Positions 1 through 9,394 of a stretch of DNA of 64,000 nt are shown here, one piece after another. Each line of letters starts with the position of its first letter. Within the stretch, counting starts at the first letter, position 1. The stretch spans positions 23,989 to 87,988 of the forward strand of contig DATKUO010000238.1 of the NCBI GenBank assembly GCA_035530515.1. Reading direction: 5' to 3'. The notes below the pieces were generated by a model, which was not told where the DNA came from, ran no database searches, and saw only the letters and a program-made list of their open reading frames with translations. The position numbers and the translations under genes were made by a program. Origin of the DNA: Bacteroidales bacterium (GTDB taxonomy: Bacteria > Bacteroidota > Bacteroidia > Bacteroidales > VadinHA17).

Positions 1-1325
1 AGCTCGCCTGGGCCACAAAGCGTCGTCACTTCATCTACAATCACCGGTATCCTGTCACGAAAAAGAGGTATGGGAAGAATCACATTCCTGGCATGCAGGC
101 AATTTTGCCATCCGCCAATACCATGAAGAAGATAACCATCGGAATGCGTAACTACATTACCATTGAAATTTAAATCAACCTCGGTTGCTCCCAGTATCAT
201 AACATCCATCATACTAGTCAGGTTTCCTTTTGAATGATAGTTATAGGCATTAAAAACAGAATAGGGTATATGGTTCGGGTTATTCTCGATTGACTCTACC
301 GCTTCCAGGTCAAAAGCCTGTGCATCAAGTATAAATCCCATCTGTCCTTCCTCCAACATTTTAACCATATACTTTGTGCTACCGCCAAAACCAAATTTCG
401 ATTGCCATTCTTTATTCTTAAGTATCTCATGCACAAAAACAGCAATAGCCAGAGATGTGCCACCGGCTCCAGCTTGTATAGCTACACCATCTTTCAATAT
501 CCCGGATTTTTCAAGAAATGAAGCAGTCAATTCTGCAATTAACAGCCGGTCGGGACTTTTTGTGATCTGGATAGTACCGGATATAATTTTTTCAGGTATA
601 CCAATTTTATCAACCACCACAACATAATCAACATAGTTTCCTTCAATTTCCATTGGAAAGCAGGGAAGATCAATAAGATTATCAGTAACAACAATCACCT
701 TACTTGCATACATATAATCAGCTTTCGCATAGCCCAATACGCCACAAGCTGATATGCCTCCGGTACCTTTCGCATTTCCAAATGAATCGGCTGTTGGAGC
801 AACAAGCACAGCAATATCAATCATTACCTCGCCATCTTGTATAGCCTGAACGCGACCGCCATGTGATCTGAGAACTGCAGTGCCTTTCATCCTTCCATCT
901 GATACATACCGGCCTAGTGGACCATTCATACTACCTTCAATCCTGTTTATTGTACCATCTTCAAGGAATTTGATCACCGGATCATTGCATGGAAAAGAAG
1001 CGGAGGGGAACCATACCAGATCCTTAACTCCCATTGAGGAAGCGAGTTCAAAAATTTTATTGCTGATAAGATCACCATCTCTTAAATGATGATGAGTGGA
1101 AATTGTCATCCCATCGCCTATCCCGCACTTACGAAGAGCTTCCTTAAGCGAGCTGATAACTTTATTGCCATCTTCAGGATAATCAGAGCATGTTGGAATC
1201 GGGGGAGAATATTTTCTACCGTCAGGCCTGTGCTTGCCAACACCTTTAAAAGGGACAACAACCTTCCCATTAATCTCCAGTGGGACTGATCTGCCTGCTG
1301 CATTTATTACAGTTTTGATAGCCAT
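1..1325 (-). CDS. citF: citrate lyase alpha subunit (citrate CoA-transferase), truncated by the window edge
   Basis: Absent from the ORF track because it runs off the window. Manual translation from the ATG at 1325 (complement) gives MAIKTVINAAGRSVPLEINGKVVVPFKGVGKHRPDGRKYSPPIPTCSDYPEDGNKVISSLKEALRKCGIGDGMTISTHHHLRDGD..., a CitF-like N-terminus with the HHH-x-R-x-GD motif. It starts 17 nt downstream of citD-citE on the same strand. The + strand ORFs at 376-1289 are antisense artefacts. Confidence 0.8.
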   Translation of the reverse strand, partial: MAIKTVINAAGRSVPLEINGKVVVPFKGVGKHRPDGRKYSPPIPTCSDYPEDGNKVISSLKEALRKCGIGDGMTISTHHHLRDGDLISNKIFELASSMGVKDLVWFPSASFPCNDPVIKFLEDGTINRIEGSMNGPLGRYVSDGRMKGTAVLRSHGGRVQAIQDGEVMIDIAVLVAPTADSFGNAKGTGGISACGVLGYAKADYMYASKVIVVTDNLIDLPCFPMEIEGNYVDYVVVVDKIGIPEKIISGTIQITKSPDRLLIAELTASFLEKSGILKDGVAIQAGAGGTSLAIAVFVHEILKNKEWQSKFGFGGSTKYMVKMLEEGQMGFILDAQAFDLEAVESIENNPNHIPYSVFNAYNYHSKGNLTSMMDVMILGATEVDLNFNGNVVTHSDGYLLHGIGGWQNCLHARNVILPIPLFRDRIPVIVDEVTTLCGPGE

Positions 1326-1342
1326 ATTGTTCTTATAAGTAC

Positions 1343-2572
1343 TTAAATATCATTAACAGGAATATTATCTGACCAGTTACCTGATAAAATTCCCAGACGC
1401 AATGCCCGATCGATTGTTTTCTGAGCTCTGGCAACCACTGGAGGATCAATCATCTTTGATCCTAATGCCACAACTCCAAGTCCCTTCTGCTTTGCAGCCT
1501 CAAATGCAAATACGATTTTCTTTGCTTTTTCGATTTCATTTTCATCCGGAGAGAATCCCTGTTGTATGACGGGAATCTGCCTTGGATGAATACATCCCAT
1601 ACCTTCAAAACCCATAGCTTTTGATTCAATAACATTTTCCTTTAAAGCCTTCATATCGCTGACATCTGAAAAAACTGAATCAATAGGCTGAATACCGGCT
1701 GCTTTGGCTGCAACTATCAGTCTTGATCTTGCATATAACGATTCTCTCCCCTCTGTTGTTCTTGCTACTCCCAGATCATCTGTGTAATCTTCAAGGCCGA
1801 TAGCAATTGCAACAACATTTTCTGACGATCGGGCAATCTTAAAAGAATTTTCTATTCCAAGTGCGCTTTCAATAATTGGCATCAGGAAGACCCTGTTTTT
1901 AAGATTAAATTTCACTTTAATTGCAGAAATCTCATCATCAACCTTTTTAACATAATCTGCACTCTCGCATTTAGGAATGAGAATAAGATTAACGTTCTGA
2001 GGGATAACAAAATGAAGATCTTCCAAACCTTTATCTCCCTGATTAATTCTTACCATCCTTTCAGCTCCATAGAAATCGATCTGACGTAATGCATTTCTGA
2101 CCAGTATCCTTGCTTCATCCTTCTTTTCAAGTGCCACTGAGTCTTCCAGATCAAGAATAATACCATCGGCTGAATGCAGACCGGCATTGATCATCAAACC
2201 AGGAGAGTTACCGGGCAAATATAATCGTGAAAACCGAAACCTCTCGGGAGTTGTTGAATAACCATTTTCCTGAATGAACTCAGGTAGATAATCAAGTTCC
2301 GAAATAATTAGTTTTTTAATTGCAGATTCCAGTCGGGCAGCTATAACAAAAGGAAGAGCACCTGAGTCATTGATCTTTACTGAAGCACTTCTTATTCCAA
2401 AGAAATCTAATATTTCAGAGGTAAGACTTATTATTGAATCACCATATAGAGCCTTCACCTTCGAAACCAGATCAATATTTTTCCCTCCTGAATCTTTTAG
2501 TTCCAGAGTAATTTCACAATCGGATCTGACCTTTGGTCCGGCATTACCGGTGATAGCTATTGCTTTTTTCAT
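1343..2572 (-). CDS. citDE: fused citrate lyase acyl-carrier (gamma) and citryl-CoA lyase (beta) subunits
   Basis: The N-terminal ~95 aa look like CitD (ITLELKDSGG...KINDSGALPFVIAARLESAIK). The rest looks like CitE/HpcH-HpaI aldolase family (SRLYLPGNSPGLMINAGLHSADGIILDLEDSVA, GFEGMGCIHPRQI). It sits directly upstream of citF. Confidence 0.8.
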   Translation of the reverse strand: MKKAIAITGNAGPKVRSDCEITLELKDSGGKNIDLVSKVKALYGDSIISLTSEILDFFGIRSASVKINDSGALPFVIAARLESAIKKLIISELDYLPEFIQENGYSTTPERFRFSRLYLPGNSPGLMINAGLHSADGIILDLEDSVALEKKDEARILVRNALRQIDFYGAERMVRINQGDKGLEDLHFVIPQNVNLILIPKCESADYVKKVDDEISAIKVKFNLKNRVFLMPIIESALGIENSFKIARSSENVVAIAIGLEDYTDDLGVARTTEGRESLYARSRLIVAAKAAGIQPIDSVFSDVSDMKALKENVIESKAMGFEGMGCIHPRQIPVIQQGFSPDENEIEKAKKIVFAFEAAKQKGLGVVALGSKMIDPPVVARAQKTIDRALRLGILSGNWSDNIPVNDI

Positions 2573-2666
2573 CTTAATCTCTGGTTGGTTAAGCTTTACA
2601 AACCTACTGATTTTTTCAAATAGAAACCTCTGTTATATCTATGGAACCTTTTAAAAATAAATATTT

Positions 2667-3083
2667 TTAAAATTTATTCTTTTTGTTTTCGCAAAGTTCA
2701 ATAAGAACGCCGGAGGTTGATTTTGGATGTAAAAATGCAATATCAAGCCCCTCTGCTCCCTTCCGGGGAACGCCATCAATTAGTTTTACACCCATCTTCT
2801 CTGCATGAATTAACTGATCTTCAATTTTTTCAACAGCAAATGCAATATGATGTATCCCTTCACCTTTCTTTTCTATAAACTTTCCAATAGGCCCCTCAGG
2901 GTCAGTTGACTCGAGCAGCTCAATCTTTGTTTGCCCGACCATAAAGAAGGCAGTCCGTACTTTCTGCTCAGCCACTTCCTCGATACTATAGCATTCCATA
3001 CCAAAAACCTTTTCATAGAAATTGATTGCAGTCTCAAGATTACTGACAGCTATACCAATATGTTCAATATGTGATGGTTTCAT
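2667..3083 (-). CDS. mce: methylmalonyl-CoA epimerase (glyoxalase/VOC fold)
   Basis: Motifs HIEHIGIAVSNLETAINFYEKVFG...KIELLE...GPIGKFIEKKGEGIHHIAF...GVLIEL are typical of this family. The start was moved to the internal ATG at 3083 (MKPSHIEH); the ORF-track start at 3110 would add 9 non-conserved residues. Confidence 0.75.
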   Translation of the reverse strand: MKPSHIEHIGIAVSNLETAINFYEKVFGMECYSIEEVAEQKVRTAFFMVGQTKIELLESTDPEGPIGKFIEKKGEGIHHIAFAVEKIEDQLIHAEKMGVKLIDGVPRKGAEGLDIAFLHPKSTSGVLIELCENKKNKF

Positions 3084-3196
3084 AATTCTATAAATAATTT
3101 TTAAAAACAAAATTAGTTTATTGCCGGAATAGGGAACAGATAATTATCATGTTTTCAGGTTTTTTCCTGAAAAAGGATTACTAATAGAAGTACTGG

Positions 3197-4756
3197 TTAG
3201 AATGGGAATTCGATAGGTGCTTCTACCTCAGACTCGACGTTAACAGGTTTTTTTGCAGCTATATGGATAGCATTACCATCTACAAAAATTGCTTTATATG
3301 GAGTTGTAGGACAAGCATACTCACAATGGCCGCAACCAATACAGATATCGTCGTCAACTTCGGGTATTACCAGATTTCCTTCATAAGGAATCATATGTAC
3401 AGCTTTTGTCGGACAACTTTCTGAACATGCCCCACAGGCAGTCTTTTCTGTTTTTACAATGCAATTATCCTTAATAAATATAGCTTTCCCTATCTGAGTT
3501 AACTTTTTGGCTTCAAGAGCCAGTGGTTGTAAAGCATATGTTGGACATATCTCAGTACAGATAGTGCAGTTATATGTGCAGAAACTCTTATGATAATTCA
3601 TTACAGGTTGCATCATTCCTGCAAGTCCATATTGAGTAAATGCAGGTTGTAATACACCATTTGGACAGGCGCTGATGCACAATGAACATGCTGTACAATC
3701 TTTATTGAAATTTTCAATTCCTATACCACCAGGAGGACAAACCGGGTAAGTCTTGTTTTCTTTTACCGTTGAATCCTGCTTAGGCTTTGGTGCTGTTTTT
3801 TCCTGGCCATTTGCAACATGCGACAAACCAAAAAGAAGTAATACAGATTCGGCAATAATCTTGCGCTTGCTTTCATCAGTCTTATGTACCTTCTTTTTAA
3901 ATTTCACAATGCCGTATGAGAGAGCTTTATCCTGACAAGCGTTAATACAATTAAAGCATTCAACACACCGGGTAACATCAATATTATGATTCAGAAAGTC
4001 AATGCAGGAAGATTTACACCCAATAGCACATCTTCCGCACCTTGTGCAGGCAGTTTCATCAAATTTTATTCTGAATACCGAAATTTTAGAAAGAAGACCG
4101 AGTAATGTTCCCACCGGACAAATCGTATTACAATATAGGCGTCCTTTTGTAAATGAAAGTACTCCCACCAGAATAAAGAAAGCTGCAGGAATGGAATAAA
4201 CAACTAATGAGAAGCCTTTAACAGGTACATTACTAAGTGTATAGATATCAAATTTACCAAGAATGCCAGCAATAAAGTTATTTAAAAGAAGAACAGCAGG
4301 CCTGGCAAAATATGTCACAAACCTACCGAAAATACTATAAGGGTCCAGCAGTGTAATCATATATGTACCCCATATCAAGGTGACGATAAGGGTTATGGCC
4401 AGTAAAGAATACCTTAATACTGTAAAGGGCTTTTTATAACCATATCTCCTGAATTTCTTCTTAAAACGCCCGCCAATTCTGCTAAAGAGGTCTTGTCCGA
4501 TACCCAAAGGACATAAGAATGAGCAGTATGTCCGGCCTGTAAGTAAAGTGAGCACCAGAACAATAAGAAACCCACCTACCGCCAGTGTTTCAAGATTAAT
4601 GTACTTTAAAACAGAAGGGACAAATTGAATATATAATAATATGTTAATATACTCCGTCGGAATTAAAGATCTGAAGTCAATAAAGATCAGAAAAAAACAG
4701 ATAAAAACGATAGATGAAAAAAGGATACGTATTCTTCTAAGAACAGGTGAACTCAT
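3197..4756 (-). CDS. membrane-anchored polyferredoxin (multiple 4Fe-4S clusters, NapH/MauN-like N-terminal membrane domain)
   Basis: The N-terminal half is hydrophobic, followed by at least six CxxCxxCxxxC(P) motifs (CTRCGRCAIGC, CVECFNCINAC, CTACSLCISACP, CTICTEICP, CGACSESCP, CIGCGHCEYACP). Confidence 0.7.
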   Translation of the reverse strand: MSSPVLRRIRILFSSIVFICFFLIFIDFRSLIPTEYINILLYIQFVPSVLKYINLETLAVGGFLIVLVLTLLTGRTYCSFLCPLGIGQDLFSRIGGRFKKKFRRYGYKKPFTVLRYSLLAITLIVTLIWGTYMITLLDPYSIFGRFVTYFARPAVLLLNNFIAGILGKFDIYTLSNVPVKGFSLVVYSIPAAFFILVGVLSFTKGRLYCNTICPVGTLLGLLSKISVFRIKFDETACTRCGRCAIGCKSSCIDFLNHNIDVTRCVECFNCINACQDKALSYGIVKFKKKVHKTDESKRKIIAESVLLLFGLSHVANGQEKTAPKPKQDSTVKENKTYPVCPPGGIGIENFNKDCTACSLCISACPNGVLQPAFTQYGLAGMMQPVMNYHKSFCTYNCTICTEICPTYALQPLALEAKKLTQIGKAIFIKDNCIVKTEKTACGACSESCPTKAVHMIPYEGNLVIPEVDDDICIGCGHCEYACPTTPYKAIFVDGNAIHIAAKKPVNVESEVEAPIEFPF

Positions 4757-4762
4757 CAGAAA

Positions 4763-5683
4763 TTACATTTTAATTCTTTTAATATTCATCGAATCCAGGT
4801 TCATGTTCCCCAGACCCATTTTATTAGCAATTGGAATATATTCGATCTTATCGATTGCCACACCGAGCATTTTTGCTGAAGCAGCATCTCCGGCAACCCA
4901 GTCAGTAGTAAGTATCTGTGACTTCATTGTTACAACATCTTCCTTAGAGACTCCCCGTGGGCCATTTTTAACCATAACATTGTAACAATCGATAACATTA
5001 AGAGCAGGTTTCTTCTCATACAAAGCATAATCTGCAATACACTGGTTCAGATCATTTGAATGCCAGTAACCTCTGTCCCAAACAAGACCCATATTATTTT
5101 TCATGCAACTGGTCATTTTTGTTGAACTATGATTTTTAAGAATCGGAACATTGATAAAAACATCCGTCTCAAGTAATAGCTCATGAACCTTAGTACTTTG
5201 AAGCTTAATGCCTCCCGGAATTTCAATATTTTGATAATAACTTTCGGAATTGCCGGGTACAACTTTTGCACCTGCTGATTTTGCAGCTTTTTCAATTCCG
5301 GAATTTTTATAACAATTTACCCAGTTATCACATGTGTGGTCAAAAACATAAACCTCTTTGGCTCCTGCTCTAAAACAATGCTCAATAATCCTTTTTACCA
5401 GTAAAGGGTTTGTATTTGCTGCAAGTTCAGGAATTACATCCCATCCAATATTCGGTTTAATCAGTACTTTCTGTCCTTTTTGAACAAATGTACCCATCCC
5501 TCCAAGTTCCTGTATTCCAAGGTCAAACATTGCATCAGGATTACCACCCATTACTGCAACCATATCGTATTTTGAAGATAAAGGAGCTGATGCCCAGAGT
5601 TTTGTATATCCACCAAGACTTAAGGCTGCTCCTGCAGCCATACCTGCTCCAACTGATGTTTTAAAAAAATCCCTTCTTTTCAT
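4763..5683 (-). CDS. Tat-signal DUF362 domain protein
   Basis: From the ATG at 5683 the protein begins MKRRDFFKTSVGAGMAAGAALSLGG, a twin-arginine signal. The body has DUF362-like motifs (VLIKPNIGW, VPILKNHSSTKMTSCMKNNMG). The longer ORF-track start at 5806 adds 41 low-quality residues. The stop is 6 nt upstream of the polyferredoxin start. Confidence 0.7.
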   Translation of the reverse strand: MKRRDFFKTSVGAGMAAGAALSLGGYTKLWASAPLSSKYDMVAVMGGNPDAMFDLGIQELGGMGTFVQKGQKVLIKPNIGWDVIPELAANTNPLLVKRIIEHCFRAGAKEVYVFDHTCDNWVNCYKNSGIEKAAKSAGAKVVPGNSESYYQNIEIPGGIKLQSTKVHELLLETDVFINVPILKNHSSTKMTSCMKNNMGLVWDRGYWHSNDLNQCIADYALYEKKPALNVIDCYNVMVKNGPRGVSKEDVVTMKSQILTTDWVAGDAASAKMLGVAIDKIEYIPIANKMGLGNMNLDSMNIKRIKM

Positions 5684-5878
5684 AGCCTGTATAAATCCGT
5701 TAAATAAATCTAATAATGGATAATCGCCGAAAAATACGATTTTTTTTTTATTATTCCGTAAAGATTGTAAATAGTATCTTAGCATCATTAAAAATTGGTA
5801 TTGCAAATTTTACAAGAATTAACTTAACATTCTTCCTAATTAGTTGTTAATATTTAACACCTCTTATCTTATTAAAGT

Positions 5879-7057
5879 ATGAAAATTATCTCTTATGATT
5901 GTTTCTCGGGTATAAGTGGAGATATGAATCTGGGTGCCATGATCGATCTTGGCGTTGACAAGTCATATCTTATTAATGAACTTAATAAACTCAACCTGCA
6001 AGGATGGGAACTTATTGTCGAGAAAGACCAAAGGCATGGTATTACCGGTACTAAAGTAACTGTTAAGCAAACAAGACATGAGCATGCCCACCGACATCTT
6101 TCAGATATTGAAAAAATTATTAATGACTCAAGCCTTGACAATAAAACAAAGGAGTTGAGCAGAAAAATATTTATGAAAGTTGCTGTTGCAGAGGCCTCCG
6201 TACATGGTATACCTATTGAGATAGTACATTTTCATGAAGTCGGAGCAATTGATTCAATTATCGATATTGTGGGAGCAGCAATATGCTTTAATGCTCTGAA
6301 GGTTGATGGTGTACATGTTTCACCTGTGGAGCTGGGAAGTGGTTTTGTGAAATGTGACCATGGTAACCTTCCTGTTCCGGCTCCGGCAACTGCTGAGATC
6401 ATTAAAGGCCTTCCTGTTACAAAAGGAGGTGTTGATTTTGAAGCCACCACTCCAACAGGTGCAGCAATATTAGCGGCGTTGGGAACCGATTTCAGCTCTG
6501 AACTACAGCTGAAAATAGAAAAAACAGCTTATGGAGTTGGTCAAAAAGATAATCACAATATTCCTAACCTTTTAAGAGTATTTCTTGGTGAGTCAATAAC
6601 GAGCTTAGAATCAGGACATGAAGCATTGCACCTCGAATGTAACATTGATGATATGAATCCGGAGTTTTTTGAGTTCATATCCGACAGACTCTTCAAGGCA
6701 GGCGCTTCTGATGTATTCCTTTCAAATATAATAATGAAAAAAGGCAGGCCAGGTATAGTTCTTAATGTGATCTGCGAAATAGAATCAGCTGATACAGTAA
6801 AAAATATTATTTTTAGCGAATCTACCTCACTGGGTATCAGAACATTCCCCTTCAGAAAAGATACTCTGGTCAGAAAGTTTGAGACAATCCAGACAACCTA
6901 TGGTGATGTAACCGTTAAACGCTCATTCTATAAAGAAAAAGAGGTTTCCAGCAAACCTGAATATGACGACTGCAGACGAATAGCGGAAGAAAAAGGAATC
7001 CCAATAAAAGAGGTATTTAATAATATAATGGCAGTATTGGTAAAAGAGAAAAGGTAA
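5879..7057 (+). CDS. larC: nickel-pincer cofactor biosynthesis nickel insertase LarC (DUF111)
   Basis: Motifs MKIISYDCFSGISGDMNLGAMIDLG, HFHEVGAIDSIIDIVG and PVPAPAT are LarC/DUF111 hallmarks. It is a single unsplit ORF. Confidence 0.85.
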   Translation: MKIISYDCFSGISGDMNLGAMIDLGVDKSYLINELNKLNLQGWELIVEKDQRHGITGTKVTVKQTRHEHAHRHLSDIEKIINDSSLDNKTKELSRKIFMKVAVAEASVHGIPIEIVHFHEVGAIDSIIDIVGAAICFNALKVDGVHVSPVELGSGFVKCDHGNLPVPAPATAEIIKGLPVTKGGVDFEATTPTGAAILAALGTDFSSELQLKIEKTAYGVGQKDNHNIPNLLRVFLGESITSLESGHEALHLECNIDDMNPEFFEFISDRLFKAGASDVFLSNIIMKKGRPGIVLNVICEIESADTVKNIIFSESTSLGIRTFPFRKDTLVRKFETIQTTYGDVTVKRSFYKEKEVSSKPEYDDCRRIAEEKGIPIKEVFNNIMAVLVKEKR

Positions 7058-7218
7058 AAGTTGAACCTGGCGGCTCCCCTCCCTGGAGTACTTGTCCCGC
7101 AGATCGGGAGCCTGCCCCGGGCGAAGCATCGGGGGTCAGGTGGGTTAAAAGACTAACGCACTATACACGACTTACGACGCCAGAAAGAAGAAAAGAATTA
7201 AAAATTTAATAAACATAT

Positions 7219-8022
7219 ATGACAGATATTAAATCAGCAAAACTAAATTCAATCCTGAAAGGACTGGATACATTTGCTGTTGCGTTCTCAGGAGGAGTAG
7301 ACAGTTCATTCTTGTTGTACAGAGCTCATAAAATAAGGAAATCCGGAATAATCGCAATTACCATAAGAACACCATATATCCCTGTTCGTGAAATAGATGA
7401 AGCCATCGAATTTACTAAGAGATACGGTATCAAACATAAAATTCTGGATCTTGGTTTTCCGGAAACGATAAGAACTAACCCTATTGAAAGATGTTATCTA
7501 TGTAAGAAAACACTTTTCACTGAGCTATTAGCCTTTACCACAAAAAACAGTTATAAATATGTTATTGATGGTACAAATGCTGACGATGAGGGAGATTTCA
7601 GACCAGGAATGAAAGCTTTGAAGGAAATGGGTATTAGAAGCCCTCTCCTGGAGGCTGGTCTGACTAAAAAAGATATCAGACAAATCTCGAGAGATGAAGA
7701 CCTGGATATCTGGGATAAACCTGCTATGGCATGTTTGCTTACCAGAATACCATACGATACAGAGATTAAGGAGGGAATGCTCAGAATGATAGAGCAGGCG
7801 GAAAACATGTTGTTCGAAAAAGGATATCCCGGAACCAGAGTCAGGATACACGGGGATGTAGCAAGAATCGAGTGCCTGCCTGGTTATATTGAAAAGATTA
7901 TTCAAAATCCTGGCAGAAAACATATTATAAGCGGTTTAAAAAAAATAGGATTCAGATATGTATCTTTGGACCTTGAAGGTTACCGGACAGGTAGCTCAAA
8001 CCCTGAAATGGAAGAACTATGA
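7219..8022 (+). CDS. larE: ATP-dependent sacrificial sulfur transferase LarE (PP-loop ATPase)
   Basis: PP-loop AFSGGVDSSFL is present, and there is a conserved Cys context PAMACLLTRIPY. It lies between larC and larB. Confidence 0.85.
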   Translation: MTDIKSAKLNSILKGLDTFAVAFSGGVDSSFLLYRAHKIRKSGIIAITIRTPYIPVREIDEAIEFTKRYGIKHKILDLGFPETIRTNPIERCYLCKKTLFTELLAFTTKNSYKYVIDGTNADDEGDFRPGMKALKEMGIRSPLLEAGLTKKDIRQISRDEDLDIWDKPAMACLLTRIPYDTEIKEGMLRMIEQAENMLFEKGYPGTRVRIHGDVARIECLPGYIEKIIQNPGRKHIISGLKKIGFRYVSLDLEGYRTGSSNPEMEEL

Positions 8023-8777
8023 ACATAAAAGAAGTTGAAAAACTGCTTGAGAATGTCAAAAACGGACAAACAGGTATAGAAGAAGCTCTGGACCTGCTTA
8101 AGAATTTTCCATTTACTGACCTTGGTTTTGCGAAAATTGATAACCACCGCGAATTAAGGACAGGCTATCCTGAAATAATCTATTGTGCAGGAAAGTCTAT
8201 TGATCAGGTAAAAGAGATTTTCAGAGTAATGTCTGAGAGGGAAAATAATGTAATAGGTACCCGTGCAAATCAGGAAATGTATGAAGCTGTTAAGACCATT
8301 GCACCAGATGCTGTTTATCACCAGATGGCAAGGATAATCTCTGTTCAAAAGAAAGATCCTGAAGCACCTGAAGCACCTGAAAGCCGGATAGCAGTAATTA
8401 CAGCAGGCACTTCTGATATGCCTGTAGCTGAGGAAGCTGCAATAACAGCTGAACTCCTTGGAAACAAAGTGATTAGGATTTACGACGCTGGAGTGGCAGG
8501 GATACACAGGCTTGTTGATAAACTGCCTGAAATAAGAACCTGCAGAGTGATTATCGTAATAGCAGGAATGGAGGGCGCCCTGGCAAGTGTTGTTGGAGGA
8601 CTGGTAGATAAGCCGGTAATTGCTGTACCGACCAGCGTGGGTTATGGCGCCAGTTTTGGAGGCATTTCTGCACTTTTAGCTATGCTAACAAGCTGTTCTA
8701 CAGGTGTTACAGTAGTAAATATTGACAATGGATTTGGAGCCGGTTTCTCTGCAAGTATGATTAACAAGATGAAGTGA
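8019..8777 (+). CDS. larB: nickel-pincer cofactor biosynthesis NaAD carboxylase/hydrolase LarB (PurE-like)
   Basis: Motifs ITAGTSDMPVAEEA and VIAGMEGALASVVGGL match a PurE/AIR-carboxylase-like fold. There is a 4-nt overlap with the larE stop. Confidence 0.85.
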   Translation: MNIKEVEKLLENVKNGQTGIEEALDLLKNFPFTDLGFAKIDNHRELRTGYPEIIYCAGKSIDQVKEIFRVMSERENNVIGTRANQEMYEAVKTIAPDAVYHQMARIISVQKKDPEAPEAPESRIAVITAGTSDMPVAEEAAITAELLGNKVIRIYDAGVAGIHRLVDKLPEIRTCRVIIVIAGMEGALASVVGGLVDKPVIAVPTSVGYGASFGGISALLAMLTSCSTGVTVVNIDNGFGAGFSASMINKMK

Positions 8778-8788
8778 ATATTATTTAT

Positions 8789-9394
8789 ATGGTAGGGAAA
8801 TTACTTGTTTCAACAGCTTACTTACCTCCGGTTTCATACTTCTCTCATATCTCACATGCAGATGAGATATTTATTGAGCGAGAAGAAAATTATCTTAAGC
8901 AAACCTACCGTAACAGGTGTTATATTCTCGCAGCTCATGGTCCGCAAATTCTGTCAGTGCCTGTTTATCTTGGAAGTGTACACAAAACACTTATAAAAGA
9001 TATCAGGATCGATTACTCTAAACGATGGCAGCAGGTACATTTGAGGGCAATGACCGCATCCTATAACTCATCACCTTATTTTGAATTCTATTTTGAAAAC
9101 ATTGAAAAGGTAATTTCAGAAAATCACGATTTTCTTCTTGACCTGAACATGGAGATGACTGAGTTAATTCTCAAAATTGTTAAAATAAACAAAAACATAT
9201 CATATACCACTAATTTTGAAGCTGTTGGTAATGTTGATAACGATTTTAGATACAAAATTACACCTAAAATACAATCTGAGTTAGTTTTTAAACCATACCT
9301 CCAGGTTTTTAATAATAGTGAAGGATTTGTTCCAAATCTGAGTATAGTTGACCTCTTCTTTAATATGGGTCCCGAGGCTGGTGATTACCTCTAA
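8789..9394 (+). CDS. WbqC-family protein
   Basis: Motifs LLVSTAYLPPVSYF...EENYLKQTYRNRCYI...GPQILSVPV resemble WbqC-like family signatures. The ATG at 8789 is preferred over the GTG at 8774 given in the ORF track. Confidence 0.6.
   Translation: MVGKLLVSTAYLPPVSYFSHISHADEIFIEREENYLKQTYRNRCYILAAHGPQILSVPVYLGSVHKTLIKDIRIDYSKRWQQVHLRAMTASYNSSPYFEFYFENIEKVISENHDFLLDLNMEMTELILKIVKINKNISYTTNFEAVGNVDNDFRYKITPKIQSELVFKPYLQVFNNSEGFVPNLSIVDLFFNMGPEAGDYL

Noticed and set aside
376-1303. Several 60-85-aa ORFs in the track (376-627 +, 880-1089 +, 1086-1289 +, 1118-1303 -)
   Set aside because: They lie antisense to, or out of frame within, the clearly recognisable citF coding sequence that runs off the window. 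Their sequences are low-quality and they have no motifs.
6923-7129. 68-aa minus-strand ORF spanning the larC 3' end and the GC-rich spacer
   Set aside because: It overlaps larC antisense, and the remainder is the translation of the GC-rich hairpin element. This is a typical spurious ORF.
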